Assembly (NCBI GenBank): GCA_963748295.1
Contig: CAVVIH010000005.1
Coordinates: 459,500 to 523,499 of the forward strand
Direction: 5' to 3'
Origin: an uncultured Acidobacteriota bacterium
GTDB lineage: Bacteria; Acidobacteriota; Vicinamibacteria; Vicinamibacterales; 2-12-FULL-66-21
Length of the DNA: 64,000 nt
In this document: positions 27,096 to 37,606 of the stretch, piece by piece
Numbering within the stretch: the first letter of the stretch is position 1
Layout of the letters: each line of letters starts with the position of its first letter
The notes under the pieces: model-generated
Databases searched by the model: none
Told to the model about the DNA's origin: nothing
The model's input: only the letters and a program-made list of their open reading frames with translations
Translations under genes and position numbers: made by a program

Positions 27096-28305
27096 CTGCG
27101 GACGCCCAGCTCCCGGCGGATCTCTTCCTCGGTCAGCACCGACTCGGAGGCCTTCGCCCGGGCGAACAGGCGATCGACGATCTCCTCCGTCGCCGGCAGC
27201 CCGCGCTTCTCCAGCCAGAAGACGACGTTCGACTTGCCCGACATCGGCCCGACTTCGATTTCCTGCTCGCGGTTCACCAGGCTCGCCGGCACGCCCGAGT
27301 AGACCGCGTCGACGAGCTCGCGGTCGTTTTTCCGGAACGCCTTGATCACCGCCGCGGCGTGCACGCCGGTCGCCGTCCTGAACGCATCGCGTCCGACCAC
27401 CGGATAGTTCGGCGGAATCGGCACGCGGGTCACCTCGGAAACGTACTCGCAGTATTCCACGAGCGCGGAGAGGTCCCGCTCGATGTAACCCATGAGGACC
27501 AGGTTCACGAGCAGCATGTCCATCGGCGTGTTGCCGACGCGCTCGCCGATGCCGATCGCGGCGCCGTGCAGCCGCGTCGCCCCCGCCTCGAGCGCCGCGA
27601 GCGAGTTGATGACGGCGAAGTCCCGATCGCGATGGCCGTGCCAGTCGATGCCGACGCCGCCGCCGCACTCCTCCACCACGCCGGCGATGAATCGGACGAC
27701 GGCCGCCGCGCCCGCCGGCGTCGAGTGGCCGACGGTGTCGGCGATGCAGACGCGCTTCGCGCCCGCGCGAATCGCCGTCGTGTAGAGCTTGCCGCAGCGT
27801 ATCGGGATCGGCGCGCGTGGTGTCCTCGGTCACGTACATGACCGGCAGCCCCTCGCCGACCGCGAACGCGATCGCCTCTTCGGTCAGCTTCAGCAGCTGG
27901 TCGATCCCCCAGCCCTCGGCGTACTGCCGCAGCGGGCTCGATCCGATGAACGTGCAGCACTCGATCTCGACGCCGGTGCGCTGCGCGATCTCGACGACCG
28001 GCCTGATGTCGGCGATCACCGTCCTGGCCGCGCAGTTGGCGCGGACCGTTGAGCCGCTGATCGCCAATCTCGCGCGCGAGGCGCTCGACGTCCCGCACGA
28101 CGTGGGGGCCGGCGCCGGGCAGGCCGATATCGGCGGTATCGATCCCGAGCCGATCGATCAGGTGGAGGATCCGCAGCTTCTCGTCGATGCTCGGGCACCG
28201 CACGGACGGCGACTGCAGGCCGTCCCGGAGCGTCTCGTCGTCCAGCAGGACCGGGCCGGTGCGCGCTGCGTCAGTCTTGTTCCAGTCGTATATGAGCCTG
28301 TGCAT
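27092..28305 (-). CDS. 2-isopropylmalate/homocitrate synthase family (HMGL-like DRE-TIM) protein (2 frame slips near 28048 and 27790)
   Basis: MHRLIYDWNKTD...LLDDETLRDGLQSPS | TVRANCAARTVIADIRPVVEIAQRTGVEIECCTFIGSS...PVMYVTEDTTRADPDTLR | LYTTAIRAGAKRVCIADTVGHSTPAG...IDWHGHRDRDFAVINSLAALEAGATRLHG. Its stop overlaps the convergent M28 stop within CTAG (27092-27095). Confidence 0.75.
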
Positions 28306-28574
28306 TTGTTGCAACGCGGATCGTCCAGAGGCCGGCGAGCAAGATGAGGCCGGCCCACAGCGTCGAGATCAGCGCCGCGTCGCGCACGGCGGCGTGCATC
28401 ATCTCGCTGAGCGACACGAACGGGCCGCGGCCGGCGTCGTGGAGTGCGGCGCGAAAGAGATAGTCCTTGGCGGCGCGGTTCAGCAGCAGGTCGTAGAGCC
28501 CGTTCCACACCACCACTGCGATCCCGATCCAGATCCAGATCGCCAGTGCGCTGGGAGCGGAGGACTGACCCCAT
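28271..28574 (-). CDS. Hypothetical small two-TM membrane protein (start frame and body frame differ by 1 nt)
   Basis: ATG 28574 directly abuts the upstream TAA (TAAATG). The TM-containing frame (ALAIWIWIGIAVVVWNGLYDLL...ISTLWAGLILLAGLWTI) is the track ORF 28271-28516. Confidence 0.35.
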
Positions 28575-30181
28575 TTACGCCTGATACCGCAGCACCATCA
28601 CCGTGATGTCGTCGTTCTGCGGCGCCCCGCGCGCGAACTCGCGTACGTCCGCGAACAGCTGGTCGAGCAGCTTCTGCGGTTCGACGCTTTCGTTCGCTTG
28701 GACGAGGCTCAGGATCCGGCCTTCGCCGTATTCCTCGCCGGTGACCGACAACGCTTCGGAGACGCCGTCGCTGAACACGACGAGCCAGTCGCCGGGTGTC
28801 AGCTGCACCGTCTCCTCTTCGTAGCTCGCGCTCTCGAACAGTCCCGACGATCGGTCCGCCGCGCTCGAGGCGGCGGAAGCCGTTCGGTCCGACGATCAAC
28901 GGCGGGTTGTGCCCGGCGTTGCAGTAGGTCAAATGGCCGTCGGGATGGAGAGCGCCATACATCAGCGTCACGAACCGCGACTCGATCCCGCGGCGGTAGA
29001 GCGCGAGGTTGACGCGGCTGATGGTCTGCGACGGCGGATCGCTGCCGGCGGCTTGAGCCGCAAACATGCCCTGCATCATCGCGCTGAGGAGCGCCGCCGG
29101 CGGCCCCTTGCCCGCCACGTCGCCGAGCGCGAAGCCGAACGATCCATCCAACAGGTCGACGTAATCGTAGAAGTCGCCGCCGATCGATCGGCATGGCAGC
29201 GACGCGGCCGCCGCACGGAAGTAGGCGCCCGTGCGGCCAGCCTTGGGCAGGAGCGCCTGCTGGATCTCGGCAGCGATCCGCATCTCCTGCTCCATCCGCG
29301 CCTTCTCCATCGTCTCGCGATAGAGCCTGGCATTCTCGATGGCAACCGCGGCTTCGGTCGCAAGCGTCTCGAGCGCGGCGCGCGTCGAGTTCGACAGCAG
29401 CGATCCCTTCTCGCGGCTGTCGAGATACAGCACGCCGATCCGCCGTTCTTCGCCGGCAGCCTCCGCCTTGTCCAGATACCGCACGAGCCGGAGCGGCACG
29501 CACAGCACGTTGCGGATGCCGAGCGCCACGGTGCCGGAGTGGAAGTTGGCAAGCTCGCTGTCCAGCAAGTCGGCGACGATGCGCGGCCTCGCCGGTGCGG
29601 AACACTTCCTCGGGAATCTTGCGGCTGGTCGCGAAGCTTCCGCCCGGCAGCACCACGCGGCCGCGGTTGCGCGCCATCTTGAATTCCAGCTCGCCCCCCT
29701 GGTCGAGCATGATGAAGCCGCGCTCCGCACCACCCACCTCTATCGCCGAGTCCAGCACCAGCGACAGCACGTCGTCGAGCACGCGGCCCGAGCCGAGCGC
29801 CCGCAGGCCCTCCAGGAGCACCGCAATCTGCCGCAGGTCCCCGATCGCCGTGGTCGTCGCGCGCTCCACCGGCGGGGCGGTGTCGGCGAGCAGGAACACC
29901 ATTTCCGCGCCGCCGGTCCGTCCGAGGCGGACGCGATCGCCGTGCGCCAGGGCGCGCTCGGTGACCTGATCGCCGTTGACGTAGGTCCCGTAGCGCGAAT
30001 TGCGGTCGCGCAGCAGGAAACGGTTGTCCTGGACGAGGATTTCGGCGTGATCGCGCGACACTTCGCTGCCGGCCAGGCGGAGGTCGTTGGTCTCGCGGCG
30101 GCCAATCTCGAAGTGCCCCTTGGAAATCGGTACGATTCGCCGGCCCATGGCGTCGGTCACTTCGAGTCGGGCATCTGACAT
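28575..30181 (-). CDS. FHA-GAF-PP2C (SpoIIE-type) serine/threonine phosphatase (2 frame slips near 29587 and 28845)
   Basis: FHA domain: FEIGRRETNDLRLAGSEVSRDHAEI...NSRYGTYVNG. GAF-like middle region. PP2C domain: IGGDFYDYV...GFALGDVAGKGPPAALLSAMMQG...TYCNAGHNPP...VVFSDGVSEA...NDDITVMVL. Confidence 0.8.
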
Positions 30182-30221
30182 GTGGGCAGTCTAGCGAAGC
30201 TTCAGCAGGTTGAAAAGACCG

Positions 30222-30506
30222 TCACCGTCGGCGCCGGAGGACGCCGAGGAACAGCACCACGAGCGCGGCGCCGGCCGACAGCCCGGCCGCAAGCTGCAGA
30301 ATCTGCGGATCCGCGGCCCGGGTGGACGCCTGATACAGGTAAATGCCAAGGATCGCCAGCGCCGCCACCAGCACCAGGAACACCAGAGGGTTCCGGCGCC
30401 TGGCGACTGGAACCGGCCGCCGGACGGGATCAGTGGTCGCGTGCCCGCATCGATAACAAACGATCGCCTTGTCAGCTATCTCGGTCCCGCAACTGCGGCA
30501 CTGCAT
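30222..30506 (-). CDS. Small zinc-ribbon protein with two C-terminal TM helices (94 aa)
   Basis: MQCRSCGTEIADKAIVCYRCGH (CxxC...CxxC) followed by LVFLVLVAALAILGIYLY and AAGLSAGAALVVLFLGVL. Confidence 0.55.
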   Translation of the reverse strand: MQCRSCGTEIADKAIVCYRCGHATTDPVRRPVPVARRRNPLVFLVLVAALAILGIYLYQASTRAADPQILQLAAGLSAGAALVVLFLGVLRRRR

Positions 30507-30549
30507 CGGATAATCCGTCTCCCGCGACCCTCCATCGTACCCCGGCCGA

Positions 30550-31404
30550 TCACGTGTTGGCAATCCGCAGCAGGAATGGACGAACCGCGGCCATCGCGAG
30601 CAGCACGACACCAAAGGTGCAGACGATGGTGGCGCCGGTCGGCAGATCGAAGACGAGCGACAGGTATACGCCCATCGCCGAAACGACTGTTCCCATCGTC
30701 CAGCCGATCGCCAGCCGCCGGCCGACGGTATCCGAATAGAGCATTGCCGCAACCGACGGGACGATCAGGTAACAGAACACGAGCAGCACGCCCGCAATCT
30801 GCACCGACGAGGTGACGACGAAGCCGAACGACGCGTAGAACAGGAAGTCCCAGAACCTGACGTTCAGGCCGGTCGACTCCGGATCGTTGTGAGCGAGCGA
30901 GATCGTCAGGAACGGCTTCCTGAACACGTAATGGAAGATGCCGATGCCGCCGTAGAGCGCGGCCGTCTTGTAGACCTCGGGCCACGAGACCGCAATGATG
31001 TTGCCGACGAGCATGTCTTTGAGGTGCTCGGCCTGCGAGGTCGACTTGCTCATCGCCAGGATCGCCGCGGCGGAGGCGACGGCGTAAGTGATGCCGATGA
31101 TCGCTTCCTGCGGGATGCGCGCGCGCCGGCTTCGCAGCAGCGAGAAGATCGCGGCGCCGATGAAGGTGAACGCGAGAGAGATCCAGTAGACATCCGGGCC
31201 GTGCGGATCGCCGCTCGACCAGGGCAGCAGCATCGCGATCGTGGCGCCGAGCGCCGCGATCTGCGCGAGCGACAGGTCGACGAAAATGACCCCCCGCTCG
31301 ACGACGTGAACACCGAGGTAGGCGTGGATGCCGGTCAGAATCAGGCTCGCGACGAACGGCGCGGCGAGGAAGTCGATGACCTGGCCGAGTGTCATTCCTC
31401 CCAT
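30550..31404 (-). CDS. Metal (Zn/Mn) ABC transporter permease, ABC-3 / ZnuB family
   Basis: 284 aa, 8-9 TM segments. Contains ABC-3 family-like blocks (LGVHVVERGVIFVDLSLAQIAALG, AIIGITYAVASA). Confidence 0.85.
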   Translation of the reverse strand: MGGMTLGQVIDFLAAPFVASLILTGIHAYLGVHVVERGVIFVDLSLAQIAALGATIAMLLPWSSGDPHGPDVYWISLAFTFIGAAIFSLLRSRRARIPQEAIIGITYAVASAAAILAMSKSTSQAEHLKDMLVGNIIAVSWPEVYKTAALYGGIGIFHYVFRKPFLTISLAHNDPESTGLNVRFWDFLFYASFGFVVTSSVQIAGVLLVFCYLIVPSVAAMLYSDTVGRRLAIGWTMGTVVSAMGVYLSLVFDLPTGATIVCTFGVVLLAMAAVRPFLLRIANT

Positions 31405-31407
31405 CCG

Positions 31408-32334
31408 CTACTTTGCCCCCGTCTTCTTGATGGCGGAGACCAGCAGGTTGATGTCGTAGTCGAAGAGCTTGATGTAGTCGGAAACCTCCTTGGTCCCTCC
31501 GACCGAAGGCGGCATCACGAGAACTTCCGCGCCGGTGTCCCGGGCGATCGCGTTCGGCGTTTTCACGTCGAAGTACGGCTCGACCAGGATGATTTTGATC
31601 CCCTGCCGCTTCATTTCCTGCATCAGATCCAGCGTGTGCGCCGGCGACGGAGGGATTCCGGGTTTCGGTTCGACGTAGCCGATGACTTCCAGATCGAATT
31701 CCTTCGCGAAGTTCGGCCACGACCGGTGATAGGTGACGATCTTCAGTCCCTTGTAGGGGGCCATCGTCGCCTTCCAGCGCGTTTCCGCCTCGGTGAGCCG
31801 GCGATCGAAGTCGGCGTATCGCTGCGCGAAGTAGGCCGCGTCCGCCGACTGCAGTGACGTCAGCTTGTCCTGAACCGCCTTGGCGATGCGACGGCCGTTG
31901 GCCGGCGCCAGCCAGTAGTGCGGGTTGCCCTGGGGATGGACATCGCCCATGGCGCGCGTAATCTGTCCGGTCGGGATGTCGACGATTTCGGCCGTCAGCG
32001 AGGCGTCCAGATAACCCGGCGAACCAGGCTGAATCTTCGCATTGCGGCTCTGCGTGATGAGCGGCGGCAGCCACGCGATCTCCAGCTCCCGGCCGACGAC
32101 GACGAGCAGGTCGGCGCGGTTCAGCCGCAGGATGAAGCTTGGCTTCGCTTCGACGAAGTGCGGATCCTGGTATCCGCGCGCGATGGATTCGACCGCGACC
32201 TTGTCGCCGCCGACTTCCCTGACGATCGCGGCAAGATCCTCGGTGGTGGTGACGACGTTGATCGCCGCCCGGGCATCGACGCCGGCAAGGCTGGCGGCGA
32301 GGGTGAGAAGAATGATGAAGAGCCTGGGTTTCAT
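31408..32334 (-). CDS. Metal ABC transporter substrate-binding protein, ZnuA/TroA family
   Basis: The start MKPRLFIILLTLAASLAG is at 32334. Contains INVVTTTEDLAAIV...DPHFVEAKPS...GDVHPQGNPHYW...VTYHRSWPNF. Confidence 0.85.
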   Translation of the reverse strand: MKPRLFIILLTLAASLAGVDARAAINVVTTTEDLAAIVREVGGDKVAVESIARGYQDPHFVEAKPSFILRLNRADLLVVVGRELEIAWLPPLITQSRNAKIQPGSPGYLDASLTAEIVDIPTGQITRAMGDVHPQGNPHYWLAPANGRRIAKAVQDKLTSLQSADAAYFAQRYADFDRRLTEAETRWKATMAPYKGLKIVTYHRSWPNFAKEFDLEVIGYVEPKPGIPPSPAHTLDLMQEMKRQGIKIILVEPYFDVKTPNAIARDTGAEVLVMPPSVGGTKEVSDYIKLFDYDINLLVSAIKKTGAK

Positions 32335-32341
32335 GATGATG

Positions 32342-33692
32342 TCAGAACGTATGCGCGCCGTGGGCGCCGATTGAAAAGAGGAACTGGAAGAGCACTTCAT
32401 TTGCTGTCGATCCCTCCGCATAGCGGAGCCGCCTGTATTGCCCTCGAATCTGGCTGAACTCGCTCGGCCAGAACGTCACGACGAACGATGGTCCCTTGTC
32501 CACCAGCGACGAATCGTCGGCGCGCTCCGACCAGTCGTAGCGCAGGCCCGAGAACCAGCGCCGCGCGAACTGGTAGTCGCCGCTCGCATACATGCCAAAC
32601 GACGAAACCGCAGCCTCGAGCTGTTCGCGCCGGCTCCAGAACAACTCGGTGCGGCCGAGGAAGCGGCGGTAGATCGCGCGCCGCAACGGCCGATACCGGA
32701 TCGTGGCATCCACACCCGACGAGCCGTGTGGTGGAGTCCGGCCCGATGTCGTTGTGCCCCCAGGCGAACGAGCTGCCGACATCGAGGTTGGTGGACTCGT
32801 TGATGTCGTGATAACCGCGCAGGCGCCCGAGCCAGCTGACCTGGCTGCGCTCGTGCGACTCGAAGACGCCGGAGGTGCCCCGGTACACCTCACCGGTCGC
32901 TTCCAGGAAGAACCATGGATTCATTATCAATCGGGAAACCGAAATGCCGGCATCGTTGAGGCCTTCCTCGCCTCCGAGCAGGTTGTTCACCGCAATCGGC
33001 TGATCGACCCACGGCAACTGGTGTGGGTGAAGGGTGTTCGACTTGCCGAACTGCTGCTTGAACTTGCCCACCTTGGCGAGCAGGCCGAGCGGCAGCGTCG
33101 GAAATGTCAGGAATCCTTCCTCGACCTCGACGCCGTCGGGCGAAAACGACAGAAAGAAATCGGCGCGCGCGTAGGGATCCACCACCGCCTGGAACGTCGC
33201 CTCGACTTCGTTCAGCTCGAACCCGGGCGGCGGATTGACCTCGTTCTCTCCCACCGCGCCGAGGAAGTTGCCGATCACGGCGATGTCGGGATTGAAGATC
33301 TTCGAGGACGCGGCGGCGCCGCCATACACCGGCAACGCACCAGTCGGCCCGCCGGCGCCCTGCGCGCCCGGCGGCACCGCAGTCTCCGCCGGTGCTGTGG
33401 CGGGTGCCGTCGGCGGCGGGGGCAGCGGCGGCAGGGGAACAGCAGGTGTCGGCGCAGTGGGCTGCGTGGTTTCCGCTGCTCCGAGCTTCGCCTCGAGCGC
33501 CGCGAGCCGCGCGCCGTAGGCGTCGCGGACCGCTTCGAACTCGCGCCGCAGCTTGTCGAGCTCCTCTCGCAGCGCCTGAGGGCTGGCGGCCTGGCCCGCC
33601 GCCGGCTCCGTCTGCGCGTATGCGCTTGGTGCGAACAGCAGAAACACTGCCGGCACGATGAGAATTCCGAATATCCGTGTTGCCCGATTCAT
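32342..33692 (-). CDS. Outer-membrane beta-barrel protein with an N-terminal coiled coil and Pro-rich linker (1 frame slip near 32716)
   Basis: Signal peptide MNRATRIFGILIVPAVFLLFAPSAYAQ. A coiled coil follows (LREELDKLRREFEAVRDAYGARLAALEAKL), then a PPLPPPP linker. The barrel ends in ...LFQFLFSIGAHGAHTF. Two track ORFs (32397-33728 and 32342-32893) join at a C3 run. Confidence 0.6.
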
Positions 33693-33693
33693 C

Positions 33694-34356
33694 TCAGTAC
33701 TCCCAGCCCTTCTTCTCTCCTTGTTCAACCAGCCGCCAGCCCGCTCCGAGCGTCACGCCAGTAACGAACCCGACGATGTGCGCCCAGAACGCGACACCTC
33801 CGTTCGCGGCGTCCACCCCGATCGACCCGACGCCGCTGAACAGCTGCATGAGGAACCAGATTCCGAGGAAGAAAATGGCCGGGATTTCGATCAGGTCGAG
33901 GAAGAAGACGATGAACACCGCGGTCAGCACCCGCGACTGCGGGTACATGACGAAGTACGCCCCCATCACGGCGGCCACCGCGCCGCTCGCGCCAATCATC
34001 GGCACGGTCGACGACGGGTTCGCCGCGATCTGGCCGAGCGACGCGGCGGCGCCGCAGAACAGGTAGAAAAGCAGGAAGCGCGCGTGGCCGAGGCGATCCT
34101 CGACGTTGTCGCCGAAGATCCACAAGTAGAGCATGTTCCCTCCCACGTGCAGCCACCCGGCGTGGAGGAACATGCCGCTCACGACCGTCGTCCAGGAAAA
34201 CGCGGCGGGGACGACGCCGAACGATTCGACCAGCAGGTGCAGCTGCCGATCGTCGAGCGTCAGCTCGAAGACAAACGCAATCGCATTCAGCGCGATCAAC
34301 GCGATCGTGACGACAGGCGTCGTACGCGAGGGGATGACGTCGCTGACGGGGAACAT
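33694..34356 (-). CDS. Rhomboid family intramembrane serine protease
   Basis: FLHAGWLHVGGNMLYLWIFG, GASGAVAAVMGAY (GxSG) and FWAHIVGF (catalytic His). Confidence 0.88.
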   Translation of the reverse strand: MFPVSDVIPSRTTPVVTIALIALNAIAFVFELTLDDRQLHLLVESFGVVPAAFSWTTVVSGMFLHAGWLHVGGNMLYLWIFGDNVEDRLGHARFLLFYLFCGAAASLGQIAANPSSTVPMIGASGAVAAVMGAYFVMYPQSRVLTAVFIVFFLDLIEIPAIFFLGIWFLMQLFSGVGSIGVDAANGGVAFWAHIVGFVTGVTLGAGWRLVEQGEKKGWEY

Positions 34357-34393
34357 CCGCGCAGTATACGTTCGGACCGCGACCGCGGATCGT

Positions 34394-35390
34394 TCAAGAC
34401 TTAGACACGCTTAGGCCTGCCAAGGCTAAGACGTCACGGTTCTGACGCGCCGACCGCGCAAGCTCGATCATGATCCGTTCGAACTCTTTCTGGTACTCGG
34501 CCTGCGGGATGAAGCTGCGCCGGATCCGCAGCTCCTCTATCTCCGCCTCCAGGCTGGCGCGCTTCTGAAGGAGCTGCAGCAGCACTTCATCGGTCGGCGC
34601 CGCTCCGGCGGCAGGCTGATCGAGATAGGTGCGGCTGGCGACCGATCCATCGTCGCCGCTCGCGGCCGCCTCGCGGCCGACCCCGTCGCCATTGTCGTCG
34701 AGCAACGAGCGTTCGGTCGCGAGCTGGCCGCGGTTCTGGTAGAAGCGACGCACGCCGTTCGTGGCGGCGGCAAACGCCTCCCAGATCGAGATCCGGCCGT
34801 TCTTGTCGATGTCGGTCTGCTCGTCGGCAAACGCGTCGATGAAGTAGCCGAGGGAAGACCGTGTCGAACCGCTGCGCCAGCGAATCGGTCGCGGCCACGA
34901 CGATCCGGCGCTCGCCTTTGAGGCGTTCGAGGAACGGAAAGCTCCCGGCCGTCGTGTTCACGACGACGACCTGCCCCGGCAGCCCGCCGACGAGCTCCGC
35001 CCAGTGCGCGGACTCGAGGTCGGCGCCGACGAGGTTGAACTTCGCGTCGACGCCGTCGAAGGTGCCGTGCCCGATCAGCACGACGAGCAGCAGGTCGCCG
35101 TTCGTCATGGTTCGCCGGATCGACGCGAGCGCCTGCCGCACGTTGGCCGCGGTCGACCGCGTGCGCTCGCTGCTCGAGTCGCTCAGCACCGTCACCTTGG
35201 AGGGGTCCAGCTTCATCCGATCGATCAGCATGGTCGACAGCGACTTGGTCCACTGCTGATACTGCTGGGCGTATTCTTCGCCGCCGCTCGCTCCCGACAC
35301 GATGAGCGCATAGCGTTCCGCGCTGGCCGCGGCCGGCATGCAGACGATCGCCATGGCCAACGCGGCAATCGCGCGTGCTGACGTCTTCAT
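34394..35390 (-). CDS. Secreted caspase/legumain-fold (C13/C14-like) protein lacking the catalytic Cys; coiled-coil tail (1 frame slip near 34853)
   Basis: ERYALIVSGASGGEEY...DLLLVVLIGHGTFDG...QVVVVNTTAGSFPF | GYFIDAFADEQTDIDKNGRISIWEAF... His-Gly is kept, but the mature protein has no Cys anywhere. The ATG overlaps the upstream stop (ATGA). Confidence 0.5.
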
Positions 35391-37597
35391 CGCAGGCCCC
35401 ATCGCCGCCGCACGATCCACTCCGACGCGAGCAGCGTCACCAGCCCGAGCAGCCACCAGCCGTTGTGCCACAGATCGCGGCGCACCGAGAGCACGGCGGC
35501 CGGCACGCTTTCCTGCAGGGTCTGCGCCAGCGCATCGATGTGATCTGACGTCACCACGCGACCACCCGATGCCGTCGCGACACGCTGCAGCAGCGGCTCG
35601 TTGAGCCGCGGATCCGCCATTTCGGCGTCGGCGCCGCCAACCAGCATCGAGGTCGATGCGGATCCGATCGCGGCGCTGCTGTCGCGCGCCTCGGCGGTCA
35701 CCCGGTAGACGCCGCGTTGACTGGGTGTGAAGTGCGCCAGGTATCGCCCGGGGGTAGCGGCTTCCTGATCGACGCCAGCCCGCAGCTGTTCGAGCTTCCC
35801 GTCCGGCGTCACGACCCGGACGTCGACCACGGCATCCCTCAGCGGCTCGAACGCGGCGTTCCGGACGGCGATGCGAACCGGCAGCTTGCCGCCCGGCGCC
35901 GCACCGGCGGGCACCGTCAGAGCCACAGGTTCGGGCGCCGCGACGGCGAGCCATCGCACGGCCTGACGCCAGAACGTGTCGTACGAACGGTCGGCCGCCG
36001 GCAGCAGCATGCGCCAGCGCCAGGCCGCCTCGCCGGTGAACACCATCGCGCGTCCTTCGCCGAATCGCTGGACGGCGACCAGCGCGCGCGGGGCGCCGCC
36101 GGGCCCGCTCGTCATCGCCAGCACGCTGGCGCCCGGACGGGGACCGCCGAGCGGCGCAATCGACGCCAGCGCCGGCACCTCCTGCCAGCGCTTGCGGCTG
36201 TCGTCCGGTGTCGGCGCCAGCTGCATGATCGGGTGCGTTTCGCCATCCTGGGTGAGGACGACGCGGTTGCTCACGCCGGACATGGACGCCGGCAGGACAC
36301 CGCCGCCGCGATCGTTCAGATCCAGGGGCATCACGTCTTCGATCGGCGTGTCCGTCATCCCCTGCTGCAGGAACGACTGCGCGCCGAGCACGAGCAGTCC
36401 GCCGCCGCGCTCGCCGACGAACGTGCGGGTCGCATCGAGCTGCGCGCGCGTCAGCTGGTGAGCGGCGATGTTCGCCAGCACCACCGCGTCGTAGCGGAAG
36501 AGATCTTCCGGCCGAAGCGGATAGCCATCGCGCAGCGCCGCGCTGCGCGACTGCACCGCCTGGATGTAGAACGTATTGCGCCCCTGATCGTTCCGCCCCT
36601 TCCTGACGACCGAGTCGATCTCGAGACCGGGATCGCTGGCCCAGGCGCGCTTCAGGAAACTGTGCTCGAAGCCGGGAGCGCCCTCCACGAGCAGGATGCG
36701 GCGCGGCCGCACCGGCGGCTGCACCAGCGTGCTGCGCGAGTTGTTCTCGGGCACGAGCTCGTCGGCCGCGGCCGGAATCTCAATCGTGTAGACCGTCGGT
36801 CCGCCGCGGCCGGGCGCAACCTGAAAGAGCTCCCTGACTGGCGTGCCGTCCGCGGCCGGCGTCGTGCGGCGCACCTCGATGACGCGGCCGTTCTCGAGCA
36901 GCCTGAGGTCGAACGCTTCGGTGCCGCGCCCGTGACTGACCGCGGAGACCGCCAACTCCACCCGCGAGTCGTCCAGCACCGCATCGGCGGCCGTGACGCT
37001 GACGACCTCGCGATCGAGCCGCAGCAGCGGTGAGCCGATGCCGATCGGGTAGACGGCCGGTCCGGTGGCAAGGTTCGCGTCCAGTGCCGCGCCGGTGTCT
37101 CCGCCGTCCGAGAGGAGAATGATGCCGGCGAGCGGCCGGCCGCGATACTTCTCGCGCACGGCGGCGAGCGCGCCGGACAGATCGGTCTCCCGCGCGGTCG
37201 CGGCGAGCGCATCCGGCTCGACCGGTGCGGTCGATTCGCCGAACGCGAGCACCTCCACCTGCAGCCTGTTCCGCAACGCGGGCAGCACGCTGCCGGTCAG
37301 CAGCTCGCGCGCGCGCTCGATCCGCCGCGCGCCCGGCTCGTCCTCGATCGCCATGCTGCGCGAGACGTCGACCAGCACGGCGACCACCGCGTCACGTGCG
37401 TCCGCGGCGGTGCCGCGTGCCACCGGGCGCATCAGCACGATGACGATCAGGATCAGCGTCATGAAGCGGAGGGCCGTGAGCAGGTATCGAACGCGGCTGC
37501 CGGCAGGGAATCCGCGGTAGGCGTGCCAGGCGACGCCGGCGGCGGCTGCCAGCGCCAGACACAGAGCCCACAACGGTAAGGGATTCGCAAACGTCAC
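35387..37597 (-). CDS. vWA-domain membrane protein with a central GATase1-like region (BatB-like large subunit)
   Basis: N-terminal TM helices, then the vWA MIDAS VLVDVSRSM, ILLSDGGD, a later LLVEGAPGFEHSFL...GGGLLVLG block, and a C-terminal TM helix WWLLGLVTLLASEWI. Confidence 0.7.
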   Translation of the reverse strand: MTFANPLPLWALCLALAAAAGVAWHAYRGFPAGSRVRYLLTALRFMTLILIVIVLMRPVARGTAADARDAVVAVLVDVSRSMAIEDEPGARRIERARELLTGSVLPALRNRLQVEVLAFGESTAPVEPDALAATARETDLSGALAAVREKYRGRPLAGIILLSDGGDTGAALDANLATGPAVYPIGIGSPLLRLDREVVSVTAADAVLDDSRVELAVSAVSHGRGTEAFDLRLLENGRVIEVRRTTPAADGTPVRELFQVAPGRGGPTVYTIEIPAAADELVPENNSRSTLVQPPVRPRRILLVEGAPGFEHSFLKRAWASDPGLEIDSVVRKGRNDQGRNTFYIQAVQSRSAALRDGYPLRPEDLFRYDAVVLANIAAHQLTRAQLDATRTFVGERGGGLLVLGAQSFLQQGMTDTPIEDVMPLDLNDRGGGVLPASMSGVSNRVVLTQDGETHPIMQLAPTPDDSRKRWQEVPALASIAPLGGPRPGASVLAMTSGPGGAPRALVAVQRFGEGRAMVFTGEAAWRWRMLLPAADRSYDTFWRQAVRWLAVAAPEPVALTVPAGAAPGGKLPVRIAVRNAAFEPLRDAVVDVRVVTPDGKLEQLRAGVDQEAATPGRYLAHFTPSQRGVYRVTAEARDSSAAIGSASTSMLVGGADAEMADPRLNEPLLQRVATASGGRVVTSDHIDALAQTLQESVPAAVLSVRRDLWHNGWWLLGLVTLLASEWIVRRRWGLR

Positions 37598-37606
37598 GGC
37601 GCAACC

